From positions 248,001 through 312,000 of the forward strand of contig JAPDFW010000054.1 in the NCBI GenBank assembly GCA_028826165.1: a DNA stretch of 64,000 bases. The letters run 5' to 3'. This DNA comes from Anaeramoeba ignava BMAN. Lineage: Eukaryota > Protista > Anaeramoebae. A model generated the notes under the pieces. It had not been told where the DNA came from, did no database searches, and saw only the letters and a list, made by a program, of their open reading frames with translations. Each line of letters starts with the position of its first letter. The first letter of the stretch is position 1. Below are positions 24,301 to 38,767 of this stretch, in pieces. Position numbers and translations under genes: made by a program.

Positions 24301-27300
24301 GATTTTTTTTAGAATCAATAACAATATTCCCAAATTCAAGTGCATTTGTTTTTTCTTGGCGCGTGTCTGTGTCTGTACTTCTTTTCTCTGTGTATGCTTG
24401 GATTTTTTGGATTGTTTGCGTTTGTTCTTCTTGGAAATTTTCTTTTTTTGTTTGGAATTCATCTCGAATTTGGGTTGATATGTTTTGAATATATTCAAGA
24501 AAAGGATTCTGTGCATTATGATTCCCATCATTTTCTGCGCGCAATATACTAATAATCATCTGGGAAAGTGTCTGTTGTTGGGGTTTTGTTGTGAGATTTT
24601 TTTCATTTAAAATTGTTTCAACAACCAAGTTTTGTATTTGAAGAAAAATATCAGGATATTTTGAAAGTAACTGCTTTAGAAGTTGGATGCACATTGCAAG
24701 GAAAGAAGAAGGTGAATCGGAAATATTTCTCTCTCCTGAAATGAAGATGCACAGAAAAATAAATGCTATTTCAATAGTATGCGAGCGCTGCTGTGTTGTT
24801 CGACTTGGTAAGGAAAGGAACCAAGATAGTGTTTCAAATGATTTATTTATTTTTTGTGGATCTCGAGATCCGTGAGCAACTTTCAATAAGCTCACAATAA
24901 TTATTTTCTCGACAATTTCAAATCGAGCTCTTTCGTTTGGAAGAAGTTTTTTTTGGTCTAAAAAGGCAAAAATTTTGCTCGTGAATTTAGCAAGACCTTC
25001 TGTTAGATTATTGTGTAAATCATTTGTTTCTTCAAATTCGAAATTTTGAATTGGTGTACTGTAAGATTTCTCAAGATTTTTATGAGTATTGATATTATTC
25101 TTGTTATCGCTATTATAATCCTCATTCGAATTCTGTTCATGATCCAAATTATAATCTTGATTTGTGTTGTTGTCGTTTAGATCTTCTATTGAAAAAGTTG
25201 ATAAACTTTTCAATCCCATTCCGCTATGAATTAAATAAGGGTCTGATTTCAAAGAACGTAGCATATTTACTTTCATTATGCTGTTTTTTACAGAGAATAA
25301 CTTGGAAACATATCCGGAAAGATCCATAATTGATATTCCAATGAAAATTACAAATTCAAGTAAGTTTTCAACCGAAAAAGATGTGAAATTAAATTCTGAT
25401 GAGAAATTAATTTGTGAATTACTTCTCCTGATACTTTTGAGTTGTGACTGAGAAAACGAGTTTGATTGCATTTTCTTGACAATACCTGCAATTTTTCGGA
25501 AGATATCAAGGGCAAAATGTGCTGAAAAAAGTTCGTATGTTTTTGAGCGAGAAAAATACATGAGTTTGAGAAGAGTAAATGTTTTTTCAATTTCTTGCCA
25601 TCCCAACTTAGTTTTTTGAAGAGAGAAGAGATGAAGACCTTGGAAAATTTCGAATATGTTTTTGTTTATGTCCTGTTGAGATTGTGAGCTTTTAAGTTGC
25701 ATTTGTTCGAATGGAAATTTTTGGGATATTGTTTGCAAATCATTTTTTGGGTTTTTTTCACTAATTATGAATGCGTTCATTTGATGAGATTTTGGGATTG
25801 TTTCGATATAGTCTTTGACGACTGTAAATTGGTAATTTTTGAGTTGAGAATTTGGGAAATCTTTTTGAGTTGAAATGAGACCGTTTTTTTGGATTCTATG
25901 AATTTTGCGAGTGGGAGTTTTTTCATTTATATTTTCATTTATATTTTCATTTGTATTTTCATTATTTTGGTTGTCTTCTCTTTCTGTAAAATCACTTTCT
26001 TCTGTTTCTGTAAATTCAACTTCCTCTGTTTCTGTATAATACAAATCTTCTTCTTGATCCTTATTATAAATATTCTCAACAAAAATTGTTGGACTGCGTT
26101 GTACAGATTGTAATAAATTAGATTCATTCAAAAACTTCTTTTCATTCAAACTAAGCAGAATCGATTCTCTTTTTTCCTTGGAAATTGAAAGGAGTTGAAG
26201 AAGAGGATCTTGCCAAGATTCTTGAGAAATTATGAAAGACATGTTCTCGACAGAATACAGAATCATTGCTCGTAATTCCGAGGACATAAGCGCGCCTACT
26301 CTTGTGCGGTTGTTTTTTAAAAGAGATATAACAGAGCGGAACAAATGCACATTTTGTATTCTTCTTGAGGAATATTTAGGCGAGCTCTTCAGAACACTCC
26401 CGTCAGTAGGTAAATAAATACAATTAAACAATGATTTCGAAATTGATAATGTTAAAGGATATTTTGCAAGAATCTGGTGTATTTTCTGATATGAATTTTC
26501 TGAGCAAATTGAAGAGCGAATTCGGTTTCGTTTTTTGGATTTAAATAACGATCCGTTTGTGCTAATAAAAGAATGTATCTGGCAAATTATTTCAAAACTT
26601 AAGGTGCGAATTTGGTGATTTGGAGTATCGAGCAAAAGAACAAAAGGATCATCGACAAAAAATTTTGCAAGACATGAGATGTAAGGAAAGGGATCAACAG
26701 AAAGGAGAGAGGAAAGAATCTGCAAAATTCCCTCGATCAATTCTTCCTCTTTTGTAAGAAAGCATGTTGCCAATAGAAAAAGAAAGTTGTGAGATTTCGG
26801 CTTTTTGCTTTGTGCACGAGCAATATGCGAAAGTGTTGGGACAAAATTTTGGAGAAGAGCCGAAATGTTTTCTGTTGAGGGACGATGTCCAATAACTTCT
26901 CCAGTTACTGGATGAATTTTCTCGCTTTTCGCGTGAGAATATTTTGTGGGGATTGTCCAGTAATATCGCTCAATGATTGCGATAACATCCTCCAAATGCG
27001 AACGGTTCGATCGACGACGTTCCAAAAAGGAAAAAATATTTGTTAATTTGCAAATGAGGATTTTTTGGAAGACTTCATCAAAATAGATCCAAATATCAAA
27101 ATCAAGAAGTAGTTGAGAAAGTAACGCTTCACGGAATTGCTTATTATGAGATTTGATAAAAAGCTGATAAAGAGACTCGATGATATCTTGTGAAATCAAA
27201 GAGGGAGGAAGGCGCTTAATAAGATGGCCAATAAGAGCAAATCCTTTACAAAAAACAAATTCGTCTTGATTTGATAAGTTGTTTACAAGCATTTGTTTCA

Positions 27301-30300
27301 TGAGTTCGAAAACCAGTCGAGAAAAGTTTGCAGACTGGGAATCTTCTTTCTGATCATTTTGTTCTATGGGGAATTTTTCCTCTTCTTGGTCGATTTGGAC
27401 AAACAAAGGGAAAATCACTTGGACGCCGCCAATGCAATAAAGAATCTCATCAATACGAGATGAGACACAGTTGACCATCCCGAGAATGGAAGCAGGTCTT
27501 CCTTCCAGATAACTGTTTGGCGAGTCGTCATAACAGAGACCTTGGTTTGTTGCGGAGCTGTTTATATAAAGGAAGATTTTGTCTGAAAGCGAGTTTTCGA
27601 AAAGAGACTGGAGATTTTGCGGAATTGATTGGGAACTCAGTTCATTTGCTTGGAACATTGAACTGTATCCTGGTCCGAGATTGTATATCATTGAGAAGAT
27701 ATCTGGAGAGAGAATATCAGAAAAGAAATAAAGTGTCCCGATTTGTCCGTAAAAACAATTCGTGCTTTTTTTTGACAATTTGGTTTGTTGATATTGGGCG
27801 CCGATTTGATTATTTGTGAGTTCTGAGGTTAGAATAGGATAACGTAAATTCTGTGTAGAAATTAGTTTTCCGTTGATATAAAGAGAAAGTTCTCCTTTTG
27901 ATCCCCATCGGGCTGAATTGTGAGAAATTGCGATCCAAAACCACTTCCTGATTGGGAGTTGGACTATAAACTCGGCGGAGTTCTCTCCTGCCTTTGGGTC
28001 GTAGACAACAACCTCGACAGAGATGTCTTCTTTTTGGTTCCAAAACCCGAAGTTTGTTTGGGGAGCAAGAAGAAGCTCTATGCCAGATTTGTCTTCTGCT
28101 AAAAAACTAAAGATGCGGGGTTTGTAACTTGGTTGGTGTTGTGGGGAATTGAAGTCTTCCACACGCGCCCAAGCACAAAAAGAATAGCCCTTCTGTATCG
28201 GCCATTTGCGCATTGCAGGGATTTGAATAAAAGCGCTACGGCCGTTGAAATCAAAAAATGAAACTGGACCTTCACGTTTTGTTTTGATCATCTCAACCAT
28301 GCTTGATAAAAGCAACTCTGAAAATGCTGCGCGTTTGTTGTTTCCCCGCGTCTTCAACAGCGAAAACATCTGCTTTAATTCCCGCGCTGTTATTCTTAAT
28401 GTGCCGAGCATTTCTATCAAGCCTAATATGTTTTTTGCCAATTCTCGTGATTGGGCTTGATCCAAAATTTCAAGGAGATAATATACTAATCCTCCGTCGC
28501 AGCACATTGAAACGTTGTGGACGGATTTTGCGCATATTTTCTGGAATAACTGAACATTTCTACAAATGATTTCTTCTTTCATTCCCGTTTGATCCAGTCC
28601 CGAATTCATGAATTTGTCGAAGAAAACACCGACAACATCGGGATTTTGGATCAAGAAATTTTCTTCTTCATTAAACCTTCCAAGAACCATGAGATCCAAA
28701 AGCATATTCTGTATGGATTCGGCTGGCATCTCTGCTTGATGGAGAACAATATATAGCCGATCCCATCCGATTGTGTTTCGGAAATGCGTTATGTTTTCGC
28801 GGTTTTCCGCAAGAAGTTCCACCATCATTTCAATAACACTTCCCGCCATCTTGCTTTTCAGCAATGGATTCGAGAGGATTGTCAGAAGAAACGAGAACAC
28901 GTTATGTCTCACAAAGTGATTCTGAAGCGGTTCTCGATTTTGTTGTAATGAGACTGTTGTTCTTCTGATGATCTGGTAAATTACCTCTTCCAAATACTCC
29001 AATTCGCTTTTTTTGTTTTGATATTGAGTTATCATCTGGTTTATCATAAGCACGTTTTCAATGTATTCTTCCACAAAAAGATCGAATTCTTGATTGCTTC
29101 CAAAAGGAAGTATTTGCATGATCGATCCAATGATATTTGTCCCAATTCGCTCGAATTCAGGCTCTAAAATCATCCGAAATAGTGATTTGATTGTTTTTTG
29201 ATTTTTTGCAATTTCAATTGATATTTTCTCGGAAATGAACAGATAATCAAGTGCCAAAATAACTGACATTCTTGCTTGATAAAAATGCTGAATATCATAT
29301 TTGAATTTCTTCTGTATTTCATTTCCATCGTTTGAATTATTACTTTCTTGATTTTTTTCTTTTTCCTTAATTTTGCAATTCGAATAATAAACACTTTCGT
29401 TATATTTTCTTTGCTTTTTTTGAAGACTATCATTAATCTTGAAAACAAACGCGAAAAAACTTTTTTCACAAAAAATATTTTCAATAAATTTTCTTTCTTT
29501 GCATTTCATTAATTTCACAATCAATTCTGTAATATCAATAACAACAGATAAATTGTTCTTATTCATAAAGAGAAAATGGAAAATAAATTGGAGATCCTTT
29601 TCGTTCTGGAAAGTTTCAATTAAATATAACGCATAAGCCATTATTTGTTTTTTCATTGAATAAACAAGATTAAGTGCTTCTTTTTCATTTGGAATAAAAT
29701 TCTATTTCAAAAATTCAAAAATTCAAAATTTCAAAAATTCAAAAATTAAGAATTAATAATTCATAATTAATTTACATCTTCAAAATTAAGATAAAAGAAA
29801 TTTGAAAATAACAAATCCCAAAAATTCCGATCTCTTAAAAATTCAAAGTTTTCTTTGTTAATAACATCGATAAAAAAAGAAAGAACATAAAGTTGCAATT
29901 CAGGATCAATAAAACGGATAAAATTTCTTGAAAGACTATTTGATTTTGATTTATGGAAATTTGTGCGAAAAATATCTAAACAAACTGAAAGAATTTTATC
30001 CTTTAAATTTTTAATGTTGGAATCAATGAATTTGTTTTGATGATAAATATTATAAACGGATTCTTCTTGAGAAATTGATCTATTGATATTTTTTTTGTTT
30101 TTGTTTTTATTTTTGATTTTGATTTTTGCTTTTTGCTTTTGTTTTTATTGTTTTGTTGTTCAAGTTCCTGATCTTTTTGTTTTTTGAATTGGATGTTTCT
30201 TTCACTCATAAAACAATATTCTCTTAGAACTAAAAAAAATTGATTTAAATGAGGATTATTTGTGATATCTTTGTGAATTGGTTTTAAGCAATCTTCATAA

Positions 30301-33300
30301 TTTCCATGATGATAAACTGATTGTCTGTTCATTTTTTTAGGAACAAATAAACCTATTTTTGAAATATTTTTGATTTTAATTTTTTATCCGATTTTGATTT
30401 TAATTTTAATTTTAATTTTAATTTTAATTTTAATTTTGATTTTAATTTAAATTTTAATTTTAATTTCGAATTTAATTTTAATTTTAATTTTAATTTTAAT
30501 TTTGATTTTGATTTAAATTTTAATTTTAATTTCGAATTTAATTTTAATTTTAATTTTAATTTAATTTTGATTTTAATTTTGATTTTAAATTTAATTTTAA
30601 ATTTAATTTTAATTTTAAATTTAATTTTATAAATGAATTTTAATTTTAAATTTGAATTTCGTTTTTTTACCTCCAGGAATATCTAATTGGAAAAAAACCT
30701 TCTTATTCTTTGTTTTCTTCTCTTCATTCGATAAAAAAAATGGTCTGAATGATATTTTTGTTTGCACATATTTTTGTGGATCATTTTGTTGATTTTTATT
30801 CCAAATCAATTCAAATTTTGCTTTTATTTTGTATTTCTTTGGTTTTTTATTAACCGCAATTGTAGAGGACATTTTGCGAATCATAAACAATTCCTGTTCA
30901 CGACTGCGAAAAGTTTTGCATTGTGACTTAAATAAAGATAAGTTATTTTCAAAGTAATTTTGAGCCCATTGATAAGGAAAGGAATAAGCAATCCATAAAA
31001 TTAAATCACAAAGTTTATCAAAATGTATATCATGAGCCACAAATAACTCTCCATCAGGGTTATTTTCCAGCATTTTTTCAAGCAATTCTAATCCAAGAAT
31101 TCGGATTTGAAACTCCATTTGATCGAAATTTTTTGAGTTGATTTCTCTGTTTTCATTTAATATAATATTTGAAGATAAATTATTATTCACAAAATCAAGA
31201 ACATTCACTTTTTTCATTCCATCGCTGAGATTGTTTTTCTCAACATCCTCTGCAGTAATATTCACAAAATCTTCTTCAGTAATACATATTTCTTGTTGAT
31301 TAAGTTGAGGTGGTTCAATTTGAAGAAGTAATATTGAAATGATTGATTCTTGATTTTTTGGTGTTAAAATTTCAATATGTGAAAATATTTCAATACAATT
31401 AATAAACTTAAAATGAAGAAGGTGATGTGCTGTTGAAGTTTTAAATTTTTGCATAAATTGTAGATGCAACTTGAAATTATCTGTTATTGATTTTAAATTT
31501 TAATTTTTTATCCGATTTTAATTTTAATTTTGAATTTAATTTTAATTTTAATTTTAATTTTAATTTTAATGTTAATTTTAATTTTAATTTATAAATGAAT
31601 TTTAATTTTTTATCCGATTTTAATGTTAATTTTAATTTTAATTTCGATTTAAATTTTAATTTTTTATCCGATTTTAATTTTAATTTTAATTTATGATTTT
31701 AATTTTAATTTTAATTTTAATTTATGATTTAAATTTAAATTTTAATTTTAATTTTGATTTATGATTTAAATTTAAATTTTAATTTTAATTTTGATTTATG
31801 ATTTAAATTTAAATTTAAATTTTAATTTTAATTTTAATTTTAATTTTAATTTTAAATTTTAATTTTAATTTTAATTTTAATTTTAATTTTAATTTTAATT
31901 TTTAATTTTAATTTTGATTTTGATTTTGATTTTAAATTTGATTTTGATTTTAATTTAATTTATAAATGAATTTTAATTTTAATTTTAATTTTAATTTTAA
32001 TTTTTATTCAAACCTATTAAATTTGGTATAAAACTTCCTGCTTTGAGATAATCTATTTGATTTCGAATTTGTCGAAGAATTTTTTTTTCTTTTTCCTTAT
32101 TCCAATTTTTTGGACTAAAAAATAATTTAAAAATTTCAATTGTATTTGACATAATAAATTGATAAAGAAAAAGATTTTCCAAATAATTCATAGATATTTT
32201 TTCTTGATTCTTTTCTAAATTGGAAAACTAAATTTAATTTAAAAAAAAATGGTAAAATCAATTTTAAAATCAATTTAAATTTTAAAATAAATTTAAATTT
32301 TTGAATTTTTGAATTAAAATAAATTTAAATTTTTGAATTGAATTAAATTTGAATTTCAGTTTTAAAATCAATTTAAATTTTTGAATTAATTTAAATTTTT
32401 GAATCAATTTAAATTTAAATTTTCGAATTAAATTTAAATTTTTGAATTAATTTAAATTTCAGTTTTAAAATAAATTTCAGTTTTAAAATCAATTTTAAAA
32501 TCAATTTAAATTTTTGAATTAAAATAAATTTGAATTTTTGAATTAAATTAAAATTTTGAATCAATTTAAATTTGAATTTCAGTTTTAAAATTAATTTAAA
32601 TTTTTGAATTAATTTAAATTTGAATTTAAATTTTGTTTTGTTTTGTTTTTATACAATATCAAGAATATTTGTTAATAATAAATGTGAAAACTTCCAAAGA
32701 TCACAAATTAAATCAAAAATATTTAAATAAAAAAGAACATCTCGATTATATTTTGATCTTGACATAATTTGAATAATTGGTAATGAAATTGTTTGTAAAA
32801 TTGTATTTTCCGTGTTTTCTTGAAATAAAGATGAAACAGTTTCTAGAATTTTATCTTGCGATTGATTTTGTGAATTTTCTTAAATAAAAAAATTTTTGCA
32901 AATGAATTTTAATTTGAAGTAAAAAAAATATTTTTTAATTTTTTCGTTGATAAAAATACTTGGTATTTTGGAAAGAAATGAAACAAGCATATTAACTGAA
33001 TCTAATATAAAATTAGCAGGCTGAGCAACATCTACTAAAGCTGCTTGTTGTATTTCTTCTTCTGTAAAATGTATATTTTTTTTGGATCGTTTAATTTTAA
33101 TAGTTGAAGGATTGAGTTTATTTTCTATTAAAACTGGATCCCAATTTGAGTAATTTTGAATAAAAAGTTTTCCAAATGAAAAAAGCCATGAATTTAAATT
33201 ATTCTATATTTTTTTATTTTTTTTATTTATTATTAAGGAAAATTCTTTTTAGAAATTTTGTTTTTTGAAAAATTTTTTTTTTTTTTTTTAATTTTTAATT

Positions 33301-33399
33301 TGTTTAAACTTTATTTTTTTCTCTTTCAATCCATAATTTATAAATTTGAGATCCGTTTGGATTATGATTTAAAAATTCTTTATAATTTTTTTTTTCCAT
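21392..33399 (-). CDS. Neurobeachin-like (NBEAL/LvsC-type) BEACH protein: ConA-like, PH, BEACH and WD40 domains; introns 33309-33204, 32959-32879, 32654-32228, 32013-31481, 30670-30353, 29775-29702; one probable frameshift near 30010
   Basis: BEACH motifs [42 protein letters not shown] and WIDLIFGYKQ. WD40 repeats. Spliced N-terminus (YKLWIE...LNSWLFSF) resembles NBEAL1/2. Confidence 0.9.
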
Positions 33400-33540
33400 T
33401 TAATTACTAAAAAAAAAAGAAAGAAAATAATTGAAAAAAAAAAAAAATGAAAAAATTAAATTCAAAAATTTTTTTCATTTTTTTTTTTCATTTTTTGTTC
33501 ATTTCATTTATTTTCTTGTTTAATTTTTCTTTCAAAAAAA

Positions 33541-35223
33541 ATGGAATCAAAAAAAAATATAAAATTATATCAATCGTTAACAAAAAAAATACCAAATGGA
33601 TTACTTATTCAAATTGCGAAATATTTACAAAATAACGGTAAAAAAAATAAATTTAAATATTTAAATTTAAATATTTTTATTTATATTTTTATTTATATTT
33701 ATATTTATATTTATATTTATTTATAGCACTTGAAGTTGTTAATATTTTCAGAATTTCTGGAGAAAAAAAAGGAGTTCTTGAACTTTTTAAAAATTTAACA
33801 ATTCAAAAAAATATTGATTTTACAAAATATGATTTTCATGTAATTGCTTCAGTTTTCAAAATGTATTTTCGATATCTTGAACCGCCATTAATTCCTTATA
33901 AATTATATCAACCATTGATTTCTATTGAAAGTAATTAAAATCTATTTTAAAATTAAGAATTAAAATTAAGATCTATTTAAAATTAAAAATTAAAATCTAT
34001 TTAAAAATTAAAATTAAAAATTAAAATTAAAATCAGAATAAAAATTAAAATTAAAAATTAAAATTAAAAATTATTTAAAAATTAAAATTAAAATCTATTT
34101 TAAAATTAAAATTAAAATTAAAATCAAAATCAAAATTAAAATCTATTTAAAAATTAAAATTTAAATTAAAAATTAAAATTAAATTTAAAAATCAAATTTT
34201 GAAATTTATAAAAATAGTGAAAAATGAACCAACAAAATTAGACCAAATTGCTTCAATTTTAGTTCTACTTCCAACAGATAGAGAAGGATTATTTTGGTTT
34301 CTTCTTTGGTTTTTAAACGAAGTTTCATTATATTGTGTAACAAACAACATGGATTTACAAAATTTATCAATAGTTTTTGGACCAAATCTTTTTCGGAAAA
34401 AAAAAACAACACCAAAAGAAGAATATAAAGATTCACCATTTATAACAAAATTAATGATTTACTTGATTGAAAATCAAGATGCACTTCGAGAAAAAATGGA
34501 GGAAAATCAAGAAAAAATTTCAAAAAATATTTCAACTTCTCCAAAAAATACAATTAATTTAACTCAATTTTCAAAAACAAATGAACCTAAATTAATTCCT
34601 CGTAATAATAGATCAGAAAGAAAAGTTTCAATGCCTTCAAGATTGCCTTCAAAACTTACTTTAACTCCTTTTAATGTTTCAAATGAGATTTTATCAAAAA
34701 CTTTTGATGAAACTAAAGAAAATAAAAACAAAATTCAAATGCAAAAAAATCAGAAAAATTTATCAGGATTAGATTTCAAAAGTTTCAATTTGGAAGATTT
34801 GGATTTAAAAGATTATAAGGATTTTGATTCAGATTTAACTGATTCAAATGAAAATGTGTTCCAAAAAAATAAATTAAAAATTCAAATTCAAATTCAAATT
34901 CAGTTAATTTGAGTTCAAATCTTTCAATTAAAGCACTTGAATTAGAAAATATTCTTTCAAATATTTCTGATTTTAATAATGGTGAAGAAAAAGAAACAGA
35001 TTTAAATGGAATTAATAATTTAATTTCAAATAAAAATCAAAATCAAAATCAAAATCAAAATCAAAATCCAAATCCAACTTTTTATGATCTTAATGATATT
35101 TTAGAAGATGATAGACATATGCGTGATTTGGATGATGAACAAAATGAAAAAATGAATGAATTTATTGATCATCTTCAAGAAATTGGATTTGGTTCATCAG
35201 ATACATCAGATCCTGATTTTTGA
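33541..35223 (+). CDS. RhoGAP-domain protein; introns 33638-33726 and 33931-34217; probable frameshift near 34870
   Basis: Spliced LEVVNIFRISG (arginine finger), VIASVFKMYFRYLEPPLIP and NNMDLQNLSIVFGPNL. Confidence 0.88.
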
Positions 35224-35371
35224 TTAAAATTCAAATTAAAAATAATTTAAAATTCAAATTAAAATTCAAATTAAAAATAATTTAAAAATAATTTAAAAGA
35301 AAATTGATAAAATGTTTCATTGAAAATTTTTATTTATTTATTTTGGATTGATTTTGCTTATTTTATTACAA

Positions 35372-38331
35372 TTATTTTTCTTCATTAAATTTCTCAATGA
35401 ATTGAACAGCAGAACAAAAAGTTGTCAAATAATAACCAGATTCTGAAGAAAATTCAACAGGATCACAATAACTAAGAATAAAATTTTCAACAGCCTTTAA
35501 TTTTTGGAAATTTGATTGAACAAGAGAAAAGATGAAAATGGATAAGAAATCATCGCCAGAGATCAATTGTTGAGGAATGCATTCCTGTTGATTTGGAAGT
35601 TGTCTTTCGATTGTTTGATAAATTCCAAGAGCAGAATTGATAATAACATTAAGAAATTCAAAAGGATAAGCACAATTTGTAAATCTTTGTAATGATTTTA
35701 TTGGCAAAGACCAATCCAAATCGCGTAGATTATTTGCAATCCCATAAAATTCCATTGTTTTTGTTTTCAATTTTTCTTTGTTTTGATTCACTTTTAAATC
35801 TTCTTTTTGAGTTTTTGAAATTATTGATTTCATGATATTTTGTAAAAATGGTGGAAAACAAATTTTTTCAAAGTTCATTTCAATTAAGAAATTGATTCTT
35901 CTTTTTTCTTCTGGTGATAAAGATATTGCTTCATTTTCTGCTTTTAGTTTTTCATTGATTTGTTTAATTGTGAATGTTTTCATATAATCAAGTTGTTTTC
36001 TGAGGATTTTTGTTTCATTTTTTTTGATTTTAAAATCTTGTTTCCAATTATAGTTTTTAAGGAAAATGTGAATTTGAAGATTTTTTAAGAGAGAGTATAT
36101 TGTTTGTATTACAAGAATTTCATAGTAAATTTCAGTTGATTCTATTCCTTCTAAATTTGATAATTTTATTGAGCAAGGTAATAAAATTTCCATTTCTGTG
36201 ATTTGATTTGATTTTACATTTTGATTATTTTTATTTTCTTTTTCTTTTTCTTTTTCTTTTTCATTTTCTTTTTCATTTTTTTTTTTCTTTTTCATTTTCT
36301 TTTTTTTCATTTTCTTTTTTTTCATTTTCTTTTTCATTTTCATTTTCATTTTGATTTTCATTTTGATTTTCATTTTCATTTTTATTTTCATTTTCTTTTT
36401 CATTTTCATTTTTTCATTTTCATTTTCATTTTGATTTTGATTTTGATTTTTATTTTCATTTTTATTTTCATTTTCTTTTTCATTTTTATTTTGATTTTCA
36501 TTTTCATTTTGATTTTGATTTTGATTTTGATTTTGATTTTGATTTTGATTTTGATTTTGATTTTGATTTTGATTTTGATTTTCTTTTTCATTTTCATTTT
36601 TATAATTTCATTTTCATTTTCATTTTCATTTTTATTTTGATTTTGATTTTTATTTTCATTTTCATTTTCATTTTCATTTTGATTTTGATTTTCATTTTGA
36701 TTTTGATTTTGATTTTGATTTTGATTTTGATTTTGATTTTGATTTTGATTTTGATTTTGATTTTCATTTTCATTTTCATTTTCATTTTCATTTTTATTTT
36801 CATTTTCATTTTTATTTTCATTTTCATTTTGATTTTTTTATATTTTCATTTTCATTTTCATTTTCATTTTTATTTTCATTTTTGATTTTGATTTTTATTT
36901 TGATTTTGATTTTTGATTTTCATTTTGATTTTTATTTTGATTTTGATTTTCATTTTTATTTTGAATTTGATTTTCATTTTGATTTTTATTTTGATTTTCA
37001 TTTTCATTTTGATTTTGATTTTGATTTTCATTTTGATTTTGATTTTCATTTTCATTTTGATTTTCATTTTGATTTTCATTTTCATTTTCATTTTTATTTT
37101 CATTTTTATTTTCATTTTCATTTTTATTTTCATTTTTCATTTTCATTTTATTTTCATTTTTGATTTTTCATTTTTATTTTCATTTTTATTTTCATTTTTA
37201 TTTTGATTTTTATTTTCATTTTGATTTTGATTTTGATTTTGATTTTGATTTTGATTTTGATTTTGATTTTGATTTTCATTTTGATTTTTATTTTCATTTT
37301 GATTTTTATTTTTATTTTCATTTTCATTTTTATTATTATCATTAAGATCTTCAGTATTTATATCGTTAAATTTTTGATTATAAACTTTTTTAATTGCAAG
37401 AGGTTTTACTTCTTTGAAAGTTTTTTTAAAATAATATTCATTTTTAAATATTAAGTGATTCCAAGCATCAAAAAGATAATATTGAATTTGACAACGACTT
37501 GAAATTTCTTTTGCAATATATATTAATTTATTAGAGCTAAGTTTTAATGAAGAATTTCTAAACTCAAGAATTAATGTTTTGGAATTAATAATTTTGATTC
37601 TTTCAAGTTGTGAATATTTATTGACATTTATGATTTTTCCAAATTCAAAATCATCTTCATCACAAATATTTATAAATTTTTCATTCTTATTTTCATTTGA
37701 GTTTTTTTCATTCTTATTTTCATTTGAATTTTTCATTTTTGTTGTTGAAATGCTTGCTTTGTTAGGAATAATTTCGATAATTCCAAAAGAGCTTAATCGA
37801 TTAGAATTTTTGTTTTGTACTCCATCTTTTAAATTTTAATTTTAATTTTTTAATTTTAATTTTAATTTTAATTTTAATTTTGATTTTTAATTATAATTTT
37901 AATTTTGATTCTTAATTTTAATTTTTAATTTTAATTTTTAATTTTAATTTTAATTTTAATTTTAAATGAATTTTAATTTTAATTTTAATTTTGATTTTGA
38001 ATTTTAATTTTAATTTTAATTTTAATTTTAAATTTAATTTTAATTTTAATTTTAATTTTTATTTTAATTTTAATTTTTATTTTAATTTTAATTTTAATTT
38101 TAATTTGAATTTTAATTTGAATTATAATTTGAATTTTAATTTTAATTTTAATTTTATAAATGAATTTTAATTTTTATTTTTAAATAAATACCGATTGATT
38201 CTAATAATTGGATAATTTATTTTAGAAGTAGAATGTAAAAAATTAACACAAAATTGTTTCATTTGTTTAATTTGTTTTTGATCTTTTTGAGAAGAATTTT
38301 GTCTTATTTTTTCATAATAAATTAATTCCAT
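35372..38331 (-). CDS. VPS9-domain Rab5 GEF with a ~1.1 kb NQ/NE low-complexity insert; intron 38191-37826; several frameshifts in the repeats
   Basis: C-terminal ISGDDFLSIFIFSLVQ and SESGYYLTTFCSAVQFI are VPS9 signatures. The 5' structure is less certain. Confidence 0.75.
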
Positions 38332-38767
38332 TTTTTATTATTTTTTATTATTTTTTATTTATTTATTTATTTTTTAATTGTTTTGGTTTTATAAATAAAA
38401 GTTATAAAAAAAAAGGAGTTTTAAAGAGAAATTAATAAGTTAAATGATTTTAAATTAAATTATAAAAAAAAGTTTAAAAAAAATTTTTTTTTTTTTAATA
38501 AAAGAAAAAAAGAAAAAAAAAATGAAAAAAAAAATTAATTAAAAAAAAAAAATTTAAATAAAAAGGAGAAAAAATTAAAAGGAGAAAAAAAAAGAAAAAG
38601 AATAAAAAGAAAAAACTTTTTTTTTTGCTTTTTTCTTATTATTTTTTTTTTCATTTTTTTTCATTTTTTTCCTTTTCTTTTTTATCAAAAAAAAAAAACA
38701 AAAAGAAACAAACTTTTAATTATTTTTTTTAAAACAAAAAACAATTACAATTACAATTACAATTACA

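Noticed and set aside
21452-29636. Many short antisense and alternate-frame ORFs over the BEACH exon
   Set aside because: Expected by-products of a GC-richer long exon; no recognisable motifs.
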